A DNA stretch of 62,375 nucleotides, the filler included, from Choristocarpus tenellus KU-1152 (Eukaryota; Protista; Phaeophyceae): the NCBI GenBank assembly GCA_964200185.2. It is 11 parts of 11 records of this genome, joined end to end, with 100 filler letters (N's around TTAATTAATTAA, not from the genome) between each part and the next. Parts side by side here need not be neighbours in the genome. Positions count along the whole stretch, not along the records: positions 21,910 to 29,166 come from CAXNAD020006451.1; positions 29,267 to 37,913 come from CAXNAD020004488.1; 9 more parts are not named here. The stretch is one strand, 5' to 3'. Each line of letters starts with the position of its first letter. Positions within the stretch are counted from its first letter, which is position 1. Below are positions 25,621-37,913 of the stretch, piece after piece. Under the pieces are notes generated by a model. It saw nothing but the letters and a program-made list of their open reading frames with translations. It made no database searches and had not been told where the DNA came from. The position numbers were made by a program, and so were the translations under genes.

Positions 25621-28600
25621 GCATCCAACGTTGACACTGTCTATATGTAGAAAATTTGTCGACGTGAAGTTTTAACGCCTCTTATTAGGTTTTGACAGGT
25701 GCAATTACTCAACATCATACAGTAGAAGTCATTGTACCTTCCTATTTTGTTTTGGTCTTTCTCCTCCCACTGAAAACAATATAGTAGAAGTTGTCCTGCT
25801 AATGGTGGTGACCTATATGTTTGATCTTTGTCTCATCTCTCCCCTGACGTATCTGCGTAAAAACTGTTAACATGATAATAAAATATCATAATGTACCTAC
25901 ATATATCGTACATACCGCTTCAAAATATCTTTTTCATTGCCTACTCTGAGCTATGTGTTGTAGATTATTCGCCAGGCAATTATTGGGTTAGCAAGGAACA
26001 TGCAGGGACGGTGAGCAATCACGGTCAGCTGGTTTATCACATCCATCAAGCTGTGCTTGATGGATTGTAACTATTGAAAGGTCCGACCTGACTAGTTTTC
26101 CAGAAGGTTCCCAATTTTCATCACTTACTCGGACTTTCATTCATCATGTTGTGGGATAAGTCATTGAAAATACAACGTTATCTACCTCAGTATATAGGTT
26201 TGGGTTATCTACTTCGGCATATCTACACACTCGTTCGGGATTGTGTTTCTACACAGAACGACTTGTTTCAAACGAAGGAATATCCACACACTTACCCCCA
26301 CCAAAATCGTACAACACACGTACATGCAAATCGAACAACCGTACAAGGTCTTCGACTGAAAGGTAGCTGTCAAAAACTCAATATCCCCCTACCTGTATAA
26401 GACATGTCCTTTCAATTGACCAGGCAATTGTTGCATGAACTACGGTGTGAAGATCGCCACTCAGACTTACATAGATACCTGTTATTTTTGCCGCTGGCGA
26501 GGTAACCGCCAATTGCAGTTGTCAGTAGGTATCGTCATCAAATGTATTTTCTCGCCATCACTGATATGGACACCACAAGATGATCCTTTTCCATCAATTC
26601 TCAAGGTCCATCCGATCGTCTCCCTTCAATCCCCTTGATGTATCTCATAAAATATCTTAACTCTCTCACCTCCACTTTCTCCATGTTTTCTTCTTCGCCT
26701 CCCCCTTCTCGCTCAGTCCCACAGGCTTAGACACGTTGGGCGGCATTGATGGCACGTTGAATGTCGGCACCAACACATATTCCTGTCGACAAGCTGCTGG
26801 GGATATTATTGATGTAGGGAACAAAATTGGTGGCTCCTCTGCACCCATCACAAAGGTGCCTCCTCCTGGTACGGACAGATCAACCAAATTTCAACAATGC
26901 ACCTCTAAATCGCCAAACTTCAGGGAAAGCACCCCTTCCAATCATGCCACCGACAGCTACCTCCTTCATGTGGGCTCCAATGGGATGAGTTGCGATGTAT
27001 GGGATCTATTACCACGATCACCTGATCTCGCTCGAAAAACCGGAAAAGATTCGACTCTGGCTGATATTGCTGCAGAGGAAGAGGTGGTTTATTGGGAGGG
27101 TGTAGCGCAAGACCTACGATTCGTCCCTATACTACCCCAAAATGTAGATCATAGGACACTGGGTCAGGTTATGGCCCCTGGCATTGTGAGAAGTGAAGGA
27201 GCCCCTCAGGGTTGGGAGGAGTCTCATGTTGTGAGGAATGGAATGAAGAGGAGTAGAGGGTTCGGTCACTTGCAGCACACACTACACAAAACCAACCTTT
27301 CACATTGGGATAATGCCATAGCCAATATTGTGGGATGCGCCCCTGCCCCTTCTTCTTACCCCCATTCAAGTCAAGATCTTTGAGGATCCGTGATATTTTT
27401 GACGTATAGTCGTTAAATGACCCTTCAGAATTATCGAAGAACAGCTAGACTGGACTTCTACAAAACGTTGAATCTTTGTAGTTCAGAAGAACAATGCACC
27501 TCCAAAATCACCAAGAGAATCTTAACAATTAAGGAGCTAGGAATTGAGCTAGGAAAAGCTTAATAGTGGAATTGTACACTCAGCATCAACCTGACAGCAG
27601 TCTACCATGAAGTAGGGAACGAGTGTTTGGGGGGAGTATGATCAGTTTTGGGATGTAATTATTCCTAGTTGTCTTTCCTACATAGTACATTTGGTTTTGA
27701 AGTACTCTAGAGTACATGATTTGTGAGGGTGGTGGGAAGCGGAGAGTATACGCATTGTAGTGTGTGTGGCATCGTGACAAACGCAAGAGGAGGGAGACAG
27801 TTGGGGGGATTTGGAGGGCGACCACTGTTGTCAGATTTGTCGTGTAAGCATTTCGTGATACTTTATGCATCATGCAGAGGCGATAAACCCTTTGAGTGGT
27901 GACGATACCATGTTCATTTGGGGGTGGGATATGAGTGACACTTGAGTCAAATGCGAGTGTGATCGATCAGAGATTATTTGTGAAACTCTCTGCAATATGT
28001 CCACAAGAGCTCAAATCTTCAATACCCTGTGATAAGAAGGGTGCCTGCTCAGCTCAGTGGATAGATGCCAATGATACATAGTTCAAGGTAGAAGTTAGGA
28101 CAACTAGTTCATTTTAGGATATTTCTTACACCTCTCAAATTGTAACCATTTATGTTGCAAAGCCAGTTAAGGCCTGTCAGACTCCTGGGATTGTTGTATC
28201 CTTTTCTCGATTGCTTTCACATTGTCTGTTTAACTTTATTTTGTGCTGGCTGATACTTCGGAGTGATTCTCAATGAGCGCAAAGAATTTCTTCAGAGGTG
28301 CACCTTTCTTTTCGAAAAAAACATTTGGTTATAGTGTAGAGTTGGTACGATGTAAAGTGGCGCACACAGGGATACATGGAGGGGGTACGTTAACAGAAAA
28401 TGTTAGGAAGAACTCCTATACCAGCATTAGCTAGGAGGGTTCTATCATATGAGTTTTGCTTGGGCCTTCGCACAACCACCGAGGTTTTGGAGGGGTGTTC
28501 TGATGCCCACGCGCTGTAGATTCTGTCATATATATCACAGTTTCGAATACACTGAAGGTACAGCAGTATGTAGAGTTGAAACAGTCAATTTAGTATGCAC

Positions 28601-28711
28601 TCCTAAAGAACTTCAACTGGAACTTGCTACTGACGAATTATCTGGACTTGCCGAGATAGCTTTGCGTTATTGGACCTTCTTTGAACTCGTGTGATAATAT
28701 CTTCTTCCGCT

Positions 28712-28945
28712 GAGTCGAAGTAAACGAGAGTTACCCAGGTTTGTATTTGTAGAGTGCTGACAAATATGTGCGAAACTGGATTTTTTTGCATTGTTCAAAA
28801 ACTTCAAAAAAATAGAGAAATCATCTCACTCAGATCATACATCGCACTACATATATAAGAATATTATTGAATTGCAAAATATTTAAAAACTGACTTTTAT
28901 AATACAAACGGGCTAAAACTGAGTGCCTCTCGTTTACTTTGGCTC
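28712..28945. mobile_element. MITE, G-type TIRs
   Basis: GAGTCGAAGTAAACGAGAG...CCTCTCGTTTACTTTGGCTC, 234 bp. Confidence 0.8.
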
Positions 28946-29103
28946 ACTGGTTTTCTTCTAAAACATGTGAATAAAATGTAGGATGACTAGGATTTTTTTT
29001 CACACTTTTTTCGATTTTCACTTTTTGGTGTGAATTAGTCGCACGTGTCGGATTTGAAATCCCAGCAAAAAAAAGAGTTTCACCGAAACGGACGCCCCTT
29101 CAC

Positions 29104-29166
<63 letters not shown>

Positions 29167-29397
29167 NNNNNNNNNNNNNNNNNNNNNNNNNNNNNNNNNN
29201 NNNNNNNNNNTTAATTAATTAANNNNNNNNNNNNNNNNNNNNNNNNNNNNNNNNNNNNNNNNNNNNAAAAGAAAAAAACGAAAAAAAGGGGAAAAACGGA
29301 GGGCGGCAACCCCCCCCCCCCCCAGATACTTTGACCCTCAGACAAGGACTTATTCCCTCTGAGGGGGTTGATGAGCAAGCGACAAAGGAATGCACAT

Positions 29398-29646
29398 GAC
29401 CCAAAGCATTTAAGAGGGTAGGGCCGCGTCCGTTTGGGGTCATAAGTTGCGATTTTGATTAATTTTGGCTATCGTGGTTTGTTAGCAAGTGTCAATATCC
29501 TTGCTCTGGACACACCTTTCATAGCCGCATACATTTTATGTAACTGTGTTCACACAGACAACCGAAAAAGAGCATAAAAACTTGGGAAGTCAAGCCCCGA
29601 ACGGACAAACAGGGCAAAACTCCTATCCTCTTAAATACTTTGTCTT
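29398..29646 (+). mobile_element. MITE family A (preceded by a family-B right end at ~29303-29337)
   Basis: GACCCAAAGCATTTAAGAGGG...CCTCTTAAATACTTTGTCTT, CAT on both flanks. Confidence 0.85.
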
Positions 29647-29923
29647 CATCAATCTCTAGGCCTCAACCGTACGTACTATGTACTCAGTACTCAGAAGTAT
29701 GTACCGATGTCTTACACAGACACACAATGAAAACCCTGGAAATGCTGTATGACCGAGATATTTGGAGTACTGCAAAGACTTGATGGACTGAGGAAGTGAC
29801 CCTTCAGTCGATTCTGCTGGAATAGGGTATCTCTTGCCCTAATCCTAAACAATTGGAGATACGAACACAACGGATCCTTTGCTTCAATTTGATAGGAGTG
29901 GAGATATGGTGATGGTTCCTAAA

Positions 29924-30180
29924 AAGCCAAAGTATCTTAGAGGGTAGAGCCGCGTCCATTTGGGGGTCAAAATCCAATGTTCCGATTTTGATGTAATTTT
30001 TACTATTGTGTTTATTGGAGGAGTCAATATCCTTGTTCCGCACACACCTTTTCATAGCGTGTAAATTTTACCTACTCCGAAACATATCAGAGTAGAAAAA
30101 TGTCATAAAACACCTGTGGGAAGCCAAGCCCCAAATGGATAAACAGGGCAAAAATCGTACCCTCTAAGATACTTTCACTC
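29924..30180 (+). mobile_element. MITE family A
   Basis: AAGCCAAAGTATCTTAGAGGG...CCCTCTAAGATACTTTCACTC, AAA on both flanks. Confidence 0.9.
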
Positions 30181-31419
30181 AAACTATAAAAATCCCTGGC
30201 ATCAGAGTATAGTGCAAATAGATACCAAGAGGAGACACGGCACATTTGATATACTGCTAGTTCCCAACATGTTTTGATGCCCAACAACTATTCCTATCGC
30301 CAATTGTACACATTTTGGTGAATTATCCTCTCATATTGTCTTCAGTGATATAGAATATTCCCTTATTGGAGCTGTTCAAGAGAGCAGTTCCACCTCATTC
30401 TCCCCCTCACCCTATCTCTCCTGCCCTTTCTCCAGCTTCCACCCTTCCTCCAACCCTCTTGTGGAAACACCTGCTTACTCACTCATGTTTTCCCTGTCCA
30501 ACAGGGGTGGACTTTCTAGTGCACGATTCCACCTGGCACATCCTATGTCACCCTCTCCCATGCTGTCCCATTCAACAATCTCTGTGTGGGATAGATAGCT
30601 TGGTTGAGAACAGGATGGAGTCTGAGCCAGTTGAGACTGTGGCAGGTGCGGCAAGGGTAACCGTAGAGGCTGCTGGAACTCAAATATTTTATTGAATTTA
30701 GCAAAGGACCCCTTTTTTGGATTAAAGAGGGGAAAATATTGAATAGAAGAGAGGAAGAAGTGCACATATCCAGTCTCATCCTTGCTCTAGTCTCAACGAT
30801 CCTGGCTCCTATCCCAGCTCCTCCAGGAGCACTACGCCTCATCCCCCAGTCGGAAAAAAATTATTGAATGAAGCAGCAGGATGAGGCTTAGATTGATCAA
30901 ACGGTCATTGATAATCAGAGCACTGAGTCACTGGGTTGTACTTTGTACCTGAAACAAAACTGAATTTTCTCTGCGGATGAGGTGTGATACACGATCCTGA
31001 GGGCAGTTTTCGAGGAAAAGTGGAAATAAATGGAGCGTTAGGAGCATGATTATGGAGAGGAGAGAATGCGCTCCATGAATTGTTCGCTGGGTTTGGGGAA
31101 TGCTGCAGTAGGACATTATTTTTTTCCACGTGATGTTGCACCAATGGTGATGAGAAAAAGGTCAAGGGAGATACTATGAGTATCTGGTGTATACACAAAG
31201 TATACGGTACATAGTTTCTATCTAATCTACCAAGTTGTCAAATACACAAGTTCACCTTCATACCTACATAATATACGTCACACACATGCATATATACTTC
31301 AACACGTGCGAGGATCAGACCTTTTCCACGCGCATCTTATTTATGTACGCGGTTAGGCTCAATAGCCAGGAAAGGGACAAAAAAGAGGCGTTCCGCACCT
31401 CGCGAGGCTTCTTGAAAGT

Positions 31420-31683
31420 GAGTCAAATTATCTTAGAGGCTGCATGTAGAGCTGCGTTCATTTGGGGGCCAAAATCCAATGTTGCAATTTAGATGTAATT
31501 TTGGCTATCATGTTCGTTAGGGAATGCCAATATCCTTGTTCCGGACACAACCTTTAACCACTTACACATTTACCTGCTCCGAAACATTTTGGCGTAGGCA
31601 AAATGCAATTAAAAACCCGTGGGAAGCCATGGCTCAAATGGACAAATAAGGAAAACCTCGTACCCTCTAAGAAACTTTCACTC
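31420..31683 (+). mobile_element. MITE family A
   Basis: GAGTCAAATTATCTTAGAGG...CCCTCTAAGAAACTTTCACTC, perfect TSD AAGT. Confidence 0.9.
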
Positions 31684-33115
31684 AAGTATGATACATGACA
31701 TTTCTCTGTTCTCTATAGTAACTTTCATACGTCATAGGTGCATATGTATCCTCTCACACACTATTCTCTCCAAACACAAACGAACATATCAACAACCCGC
31801 TGGACTCAACGCTTCTCCGTAATTCATGTTATTTACTAATATAATGTTGTACTATCACGGAACACACAGGAGGGGGTAGTGGGAGAAATTGCCACTTACT
31901 GCTCTGGCGATCAATTGATGGGAAGAGGAGTAAATGCTTAAAAAATGAGCAAGAATGAATCATGTATCTACTACGGCACGTATGGTTTGTGCATATATCT
32001 GCCACAGTGGACTGCACGGAGTAAGAAGGAACAAAAAACGTAGCCATAGAACCATTAGTGCTTACTTCATTGGTATCAAGGTAGGCTGTGATCAGTGCCT
32101 GTCTCTCAGGAAACCCACAGTAGTAGTCCTCTCATGTTGCTTGTCGTATCTCAGGTGACCTGCCCCTGTTTCATATCCCTCGCCCCTGGTTAGTAGATCT
32201 TGTTGGAGATCCTGGTTTTTTCCACTTAGTGCAAGCTCTGAGTATGTAGGGAACATGGGTTCATTTTTGTGTCTCTGCTATGTTGTGTATACCCTGTGTC
32301 AAGTTCTCAAACCTGATGACCGGGTCAATTTTCTCTTTTGACCTTCTGATGCACTTCACTCTGAGCGGAGAGGAGAAATGACGGGAATTTTTCCCACCGC
32401 AGCACGCGTTACACACACGCAACTGTTGGGACCCTACCTTATCAGAAAACAATCCATCCGTTGGATCAGTGAAGGGATATCGTGGGGTTGTCAACATGAT
32501 GGCTACTGGAGATTCAACCTGCTTGAAGCATAGTGTATTTACCACCGTCAGAGAAAAGAATAGAACACGTCTCCCTTCTTGACTAGAGCAAGCCGAGAAG
32601 GTATACTGAAGGGGTCTACAACAACGATGCATTGGATGGTCATTTGTGGGACTGGGAGAAACATCTCTCGAAGGTTGTGCGTAAGATATCTCTCATGCAT
32701 AAAATAAGGTACACCTCAATATTGTCCTATTTTGCACACCAAAACGTAATTCCAAGGTCGTCGTATTGAGGTCTTGTGCTTCCCATCAGTTTCGGTGTTT
32801 ACGATCACACATCACTAGCATTTTGATTCTGTTAAAATATATACAGTATAGTATATTACAATATGGTAAGTTGTCTTTCGCGCTACTGCGAGCGACGCGC
32901 GCGTAGAAGGAGGGGTGGACCACCATGAGTTTTGGTTGGAACCTTGTTTACAAAGCACTGCCGCAACCTGTAGCTAGTTAGGCTTATAGTCTACCCTGTG
33001 ACAGCCAAACCTTTCAATACGAAGTAAGGGGGTTAGGTGAGCTCAAGTACTAGCGGAAAATACTCAGCGACGAGGTCGAAAACTAGCCCGCACGTCCACA
33101 AGGCCAGTCTTAGCC

Positions 33116-36100
33116 ATGGGAGAGATTGGAGGTCATCAACTTTGCTGTTTCGAGCCTGTATCGGCCAGTGCATACGCGTCTGTCTCATCTGACAATCGTT
33201 TGAGGGTCTGGGATACGGTGCGTCCAGTGAATGTGCCCACAGATTCTGGAGGTTGCCCGAAAGCCACCTTGTTTTGCACCAATATTGAACTCTGCACTGC
33301 TTTCCCTAGAGTAGCATATTTACCAAGAGAGCACAGTACTCAGTACTGGTGAAGAATCGAAGGATACCTTCTGTTGGTGCCCAAATCTACGGTCTGACAT
33401 CTTACCACGCTTCCCCCTATACACATCCTCATCAGGCGTCGGGTGCATTGCGTCAACAGTATGTGGAACCTAGGCACTTATCTAAGCAGTACACAAGCAT
33501 CGCTTGGCATCGACCAGACGCGTCGGTAAGCTCAAGTATTGTGCTGTCTGACAAACTCGTTGCATGACATACAGTTGTCGTAGCTGATCTTCCTTGTCAA
33601 ACCAGTGAAGGATGACTAGGAGTAACGGTGGACTGCAGTTGTTTCGTCCATTCAGATCCGCAACATGCGTCTCTATACTTCATAAATTCTCCGTGAGCCT
33701 AACAACCAAAGGCTCCATTAATGGTGATCTCTACGACTGATAGTGGATCTCTCGCATCTTTCGACTTGAGTCGCACATGCATGCCTTCCTTGATACTTGG
33801 TGTTCGTGATTACCTTAGTTGCAGCATACCTCAATATTCTCAATTCTCTCCCAACACCTCCTTTCGAATATGTTGTGTAACTGTGTTGGTGAGGGACCAG
33901 TGTATGGACCACGAACAATTCGTTTTGAACCAGCACAAGTTCCCCTCGACATCGACTCACTTGCAAGTATATACTTCGAAGTAGTTGGCAACTTTTTATG
34001 CAGACGCTAAAACCACTGTTAATGAGATATTGAACCCCACACTGCGTATGCCCCCCCTCGACACACAACCTACATTGGCCAGGTAAAAAGGGATAGTACG
34101 GGCCAGGCAAAGGTCCCAGATCTCGGACTGATAGCGCTTGGCACTGACAAGGGCAGTGTTACGGTGTGGAACCTTCGCAGAGGGGCTGTTGCGCACGATC
34201 TTGGGGAGGTGAGATGAGAGGAATGCCAATTAGAGTTCATCAAGAAAGGTGAATAACTCGGTAGTTCTGGTTGCTGTTATCTGTGGGGTTGTGCTTCTCA
34301 TTTTCTTTGCCTTTCCCATTCAATTCGAGGTGCTCATCCTCTTGCTGAAATGCTCCTTGGCCCTGCATATGAAATTATTGCGAGATTTGCTATTGCAACG
34401 TAGCTGCAGCGGTGTAGTTTTACACCATTCGCTGACTCAGAAGTAAATTTTCAACACAAGTGTATTCCAATAGATTTAAGATTTTTTTTTCCACTCTGCA
34501 GGTGATGTGTAGCTGAGCTCACAAGTCAACACATTGTGTTTGTTTTTTTTCTTTCAGGGTCAGGGTCTCCAAGCAGTCACATCAGTGGCATTTTCTTTGG
34601 ATGGTAGCTCTTTGTTTGCCTCGTCAAGTGGTAAGGATGTCATAGAGTGGAGTCTGGAGACAGGCATTGAGACACGGCGCTTCAGGTTAGGGTTAGGGGT
34701 TTGCTGTTGTAGTGTCTGGATTAGGGTTAGGGGTTGTGACAATGATTAACACTTGGGGTTGAGGTGGTTAGGAGAGAAAGTGGTGCAGGTTTTGTGGTTT
34801 ACAGATGGTTGGAGTGTTTCACGTTGTTCTAATGCTCACATTCTCAAATGAGAATGGCATTTCGGAATAGTCATCATGTGAACTCCACCAGTGCTATCAT
34901 AGATAAAGGCCCCTTGCAGGGCTTTGGACTGCTTCCTACCCCAGTTCACATGCCTGGTTGAGACAGCTTATTACACCTCCTACTGATTGTCGTGGTATAT
35001 GCAGAAATCACTCTCGATCTAAGTATTTAGAAAATAATTCTTGGCAAGAACATATGCCTAGTTTTTGAGCTGCTGAACCCCAGACCCACGGCTTTCTCTT
35101 TTTGGTTGATTTGAGCTGTGTTGGGTGTCTACAGTAGGTGTTGGTGGTCTGTGTCAACTGTCAATGACGGAGTGGTGCTTGACAATTTGAAATGTTTGAC
35201 ATTGAAATATGATTTGACCATCCTGCAAGCACTAGACTTTTTGTTGCCCTGGAGGTGACTGATCTAGATTGGACAGCGATTGTCCTAGGTTGTTTACAGT
35301 ACCATGTGCAGTGCGTCTATGATACGATGCAACAGGATGTTGGGACCGTTTGTCCTTGTTGCAACTAGGTCTGCCCGCAAGTGACAGTTACACCCTATAG
35401 CTGCAGAAGCTGTCCTTGGGGTATCTTCTTATTCAAACCCCCAATGTCAAAGGTCTTCCCCATGCTCTCGTAGACCTTAGGTAGGACCTGGGTCAACGCC
35501 TGTATTTTCGTAGTACTTTGAAGATATCAAGATATTTTGTAAGTGTGTGTTTGTGTCAAAGAGAGAACATTACAATTCTGGATAAAATTTTCAAGGGTTA
35601 GGGTTCTCAATTTCAAAACATGTTGATCTCTTCGCCACATAGCTCCTGAGCATGTCTGGGAGCTGTGTGGTGAGGAGATGAACATGTGCTATGAAGGACG
35701 TCTCATGAGACAGGTGTGCTGATGGAGCTGTTGAAGAAGATCTGTATCTGCACCTCAACCAAAGCATTAACTGCGCAATACATGACCCAGCTTTTGTCGA
35801 ACATTCTGTGCCAGGGGTATCAAGCAGGGTGCAACTAAGATAGAGCTCCACCCAGCTGGACTGATCCTGGCCATTGCAAGGTAGGTGCACAATGACCTCA
35901 TTCCTTTCATAGATAAGACTGCAGTGGGTTGTTGATGTTTGTAATGTGTAGGATGGGATTAATGTGCTTAAATGAAGGATGCAGTTCCTAGCATAGGCCG
36001 TGTAGTTTCTTGTTGGCGGTTTTCACTCGAGTCTCATGGTCGGCACTATTTTTCAGATACTTCCTTCCAACCATAAAGAAATTGCTGCCTCTAGTGATAG

Positions 36101-37913
36101 TTGATGTTCAGGACTTCTTGTTGGGGGATTTCAGGTTGATGGTGAGGCGGTGCAGAAGTGCACTATTTTTTTTGGAATGGAAGGAAGGCATCCCCCCCCA
36201 CACTGTTCATCCATTTGATCGCGTCCCTCACACGGAGTGGAGAAGACCGTTTTTTTTGTTTGTTGAGGTTGCTCTTTTAATCTCTTCATGAGGAAGTGCC
36301 GCTTTCATACGTGTAGGCGTATTTGTTTGCTAAATGCCCTAGTTGAAGAACCGGTCTTAGTAGAGCTTGGTGATTTTTTCTTTCCGTTCACTGCAACGTT
36401 TCTAATGAGGTATAGGAACAGGTTTGTGTGGTTTTGATGTTTGACAAGAGGGTATCCCCCCCATGCCCCCCCCCTATGTAGTGATCTTACTTTGGCTTCA
36501 AGGGTCGTTACTGGGTGGTTTTGTTCGATGTTTGTACTGGTTGTGTTGCCATCAAAGTGGGCCCAAAGCCAATGTCATCCACTGCATCTGTGATAGCCCT
36601 TTCTGGAGAACTACCCCTGTAAGGATTTATCAAGTCAGCTTTGAAACATATTGCATCTCCTTGCTACTACCTTGCCGATGCTCCCCCTTCAGCTCCTCGA
36701 TCAAGCTGGTTGACTTGACCACGGGAAAGCGTTATCGTAAGCTCTCAGCGGGTCATGCCGGCTCTGTCCGTGCCCTGGCTTTCTCACACGATGGGCGTTA
36801 TCTTGCGTCGTCTGCTTCGAGCTCCCGCTTCATCAATGTCTTTGACCTGTCAGGGGGTGGCGCCCCGGAGGGACCTGTGGCCACCCTGAGCCTTTCCTCG
36901 CCCCCTCTGTTCATTGACCTGCATGCCTCTGAAGTTGGTGGAAAGTCTGGCAGTCAGGGGGGAGAGTTTTGGCTGACACTGTTGGTCGGGATGGACACTG
37001 GGGGGGTTGAAGTGATTCGGGCCAGGCATACTTCTGGAGAGGAAGGTGTGGGAGTTTTGGGCAAGGAGTGTAGGAGAAGTATGATGGGGAACAATTTACT
37101 AGTGGTAGGCAGGGTGGGGAACGAGTTAGCCCTAATGTTCTCATTGTAGAGAGTAAGAGTGAGGTTGAAGGTGTCATGTGTGCTCAATCTGGCATGCAGG
37201 CTGNNNNNNNNNNTCTGATCTCAATAGTTCTTCTTGAAGTGAAATGACTCATGTGGGATAGGTTCGGTTCGGTCATAACAGGGTTAGGGTTAGGGTTAGG
37301 TGTGCTTGAACTGAAAATGACAAAGTTGCATTTTTACCAAATTTTGATGGTTAGGGTTAGGGTTAGGGTTAGTTCATGTACTGACATGACCAAGAGCAAG
37401 CATCTCTGTTACTAGCCTGCTTTCCCACTTCATATCCCCCCCGAATTTGTTTTAAACCCCTTCTTTTGAATGAACCTATGTGCTGTGGACAGACCCTGCT
37501 GCGGTGTCTCCTGTGTCAAAGTGCGAACTCCGAGGTGCCCCACCATCCTCCTCCTTGTCTGTGCTGCATGGGTGCCTCAACCCGGATAGCTCCTCCACGA
37601 TGGTCCTTGCCATGGGCTCTCCCGTTGCTCCAGAGTTTGCTGAGGCGGTCTTTGAGGGAGCAAATGGTGCTCTACTTGAGTCAGCTGTTGCTGGATTTGA
37701 GAAGGGAAGAGCAGGAAACTTGGATGGAGTTGAGGGGGGGGGGAAGGCATCAGCACGCACTGAAAAGGGCGGTGAGGTGCATGTTGTTGGTCCTGGAGAG
37801 ATGGGTGTAAGTGGGATGGAGAGAGATGTGCTTGCTGAGGAGGAGAAGGAGGAGGAGGGGATGGGGGGTGGGGGTAATGGGCGGTTATCAAAGCGATTGA
37901 AACGGGGGAGGGG
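33116..37913 (+). CDS. WDR43: WD40-repeat protein, WDR43/Utp5-like (SSU processome t-UTP), 5' part
   Basis: Exons 33116-33217, 33436-33525, 34083-34208, 34558-34685, 35815-35880, 36693-37045, 37493->37913. Peptides: SSDNRLRVWDTASGALRQQY, LIALGTDKGSVTVWNL, VTSVAFSLDGSSLF, SSIKLVDLTTGKRYRKLSAGHAGSVRALAFSHDGRYLAS. WD40 is secure; the Utp5 assignment rests on the N-terminal pattern. Confidence 0.8.
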
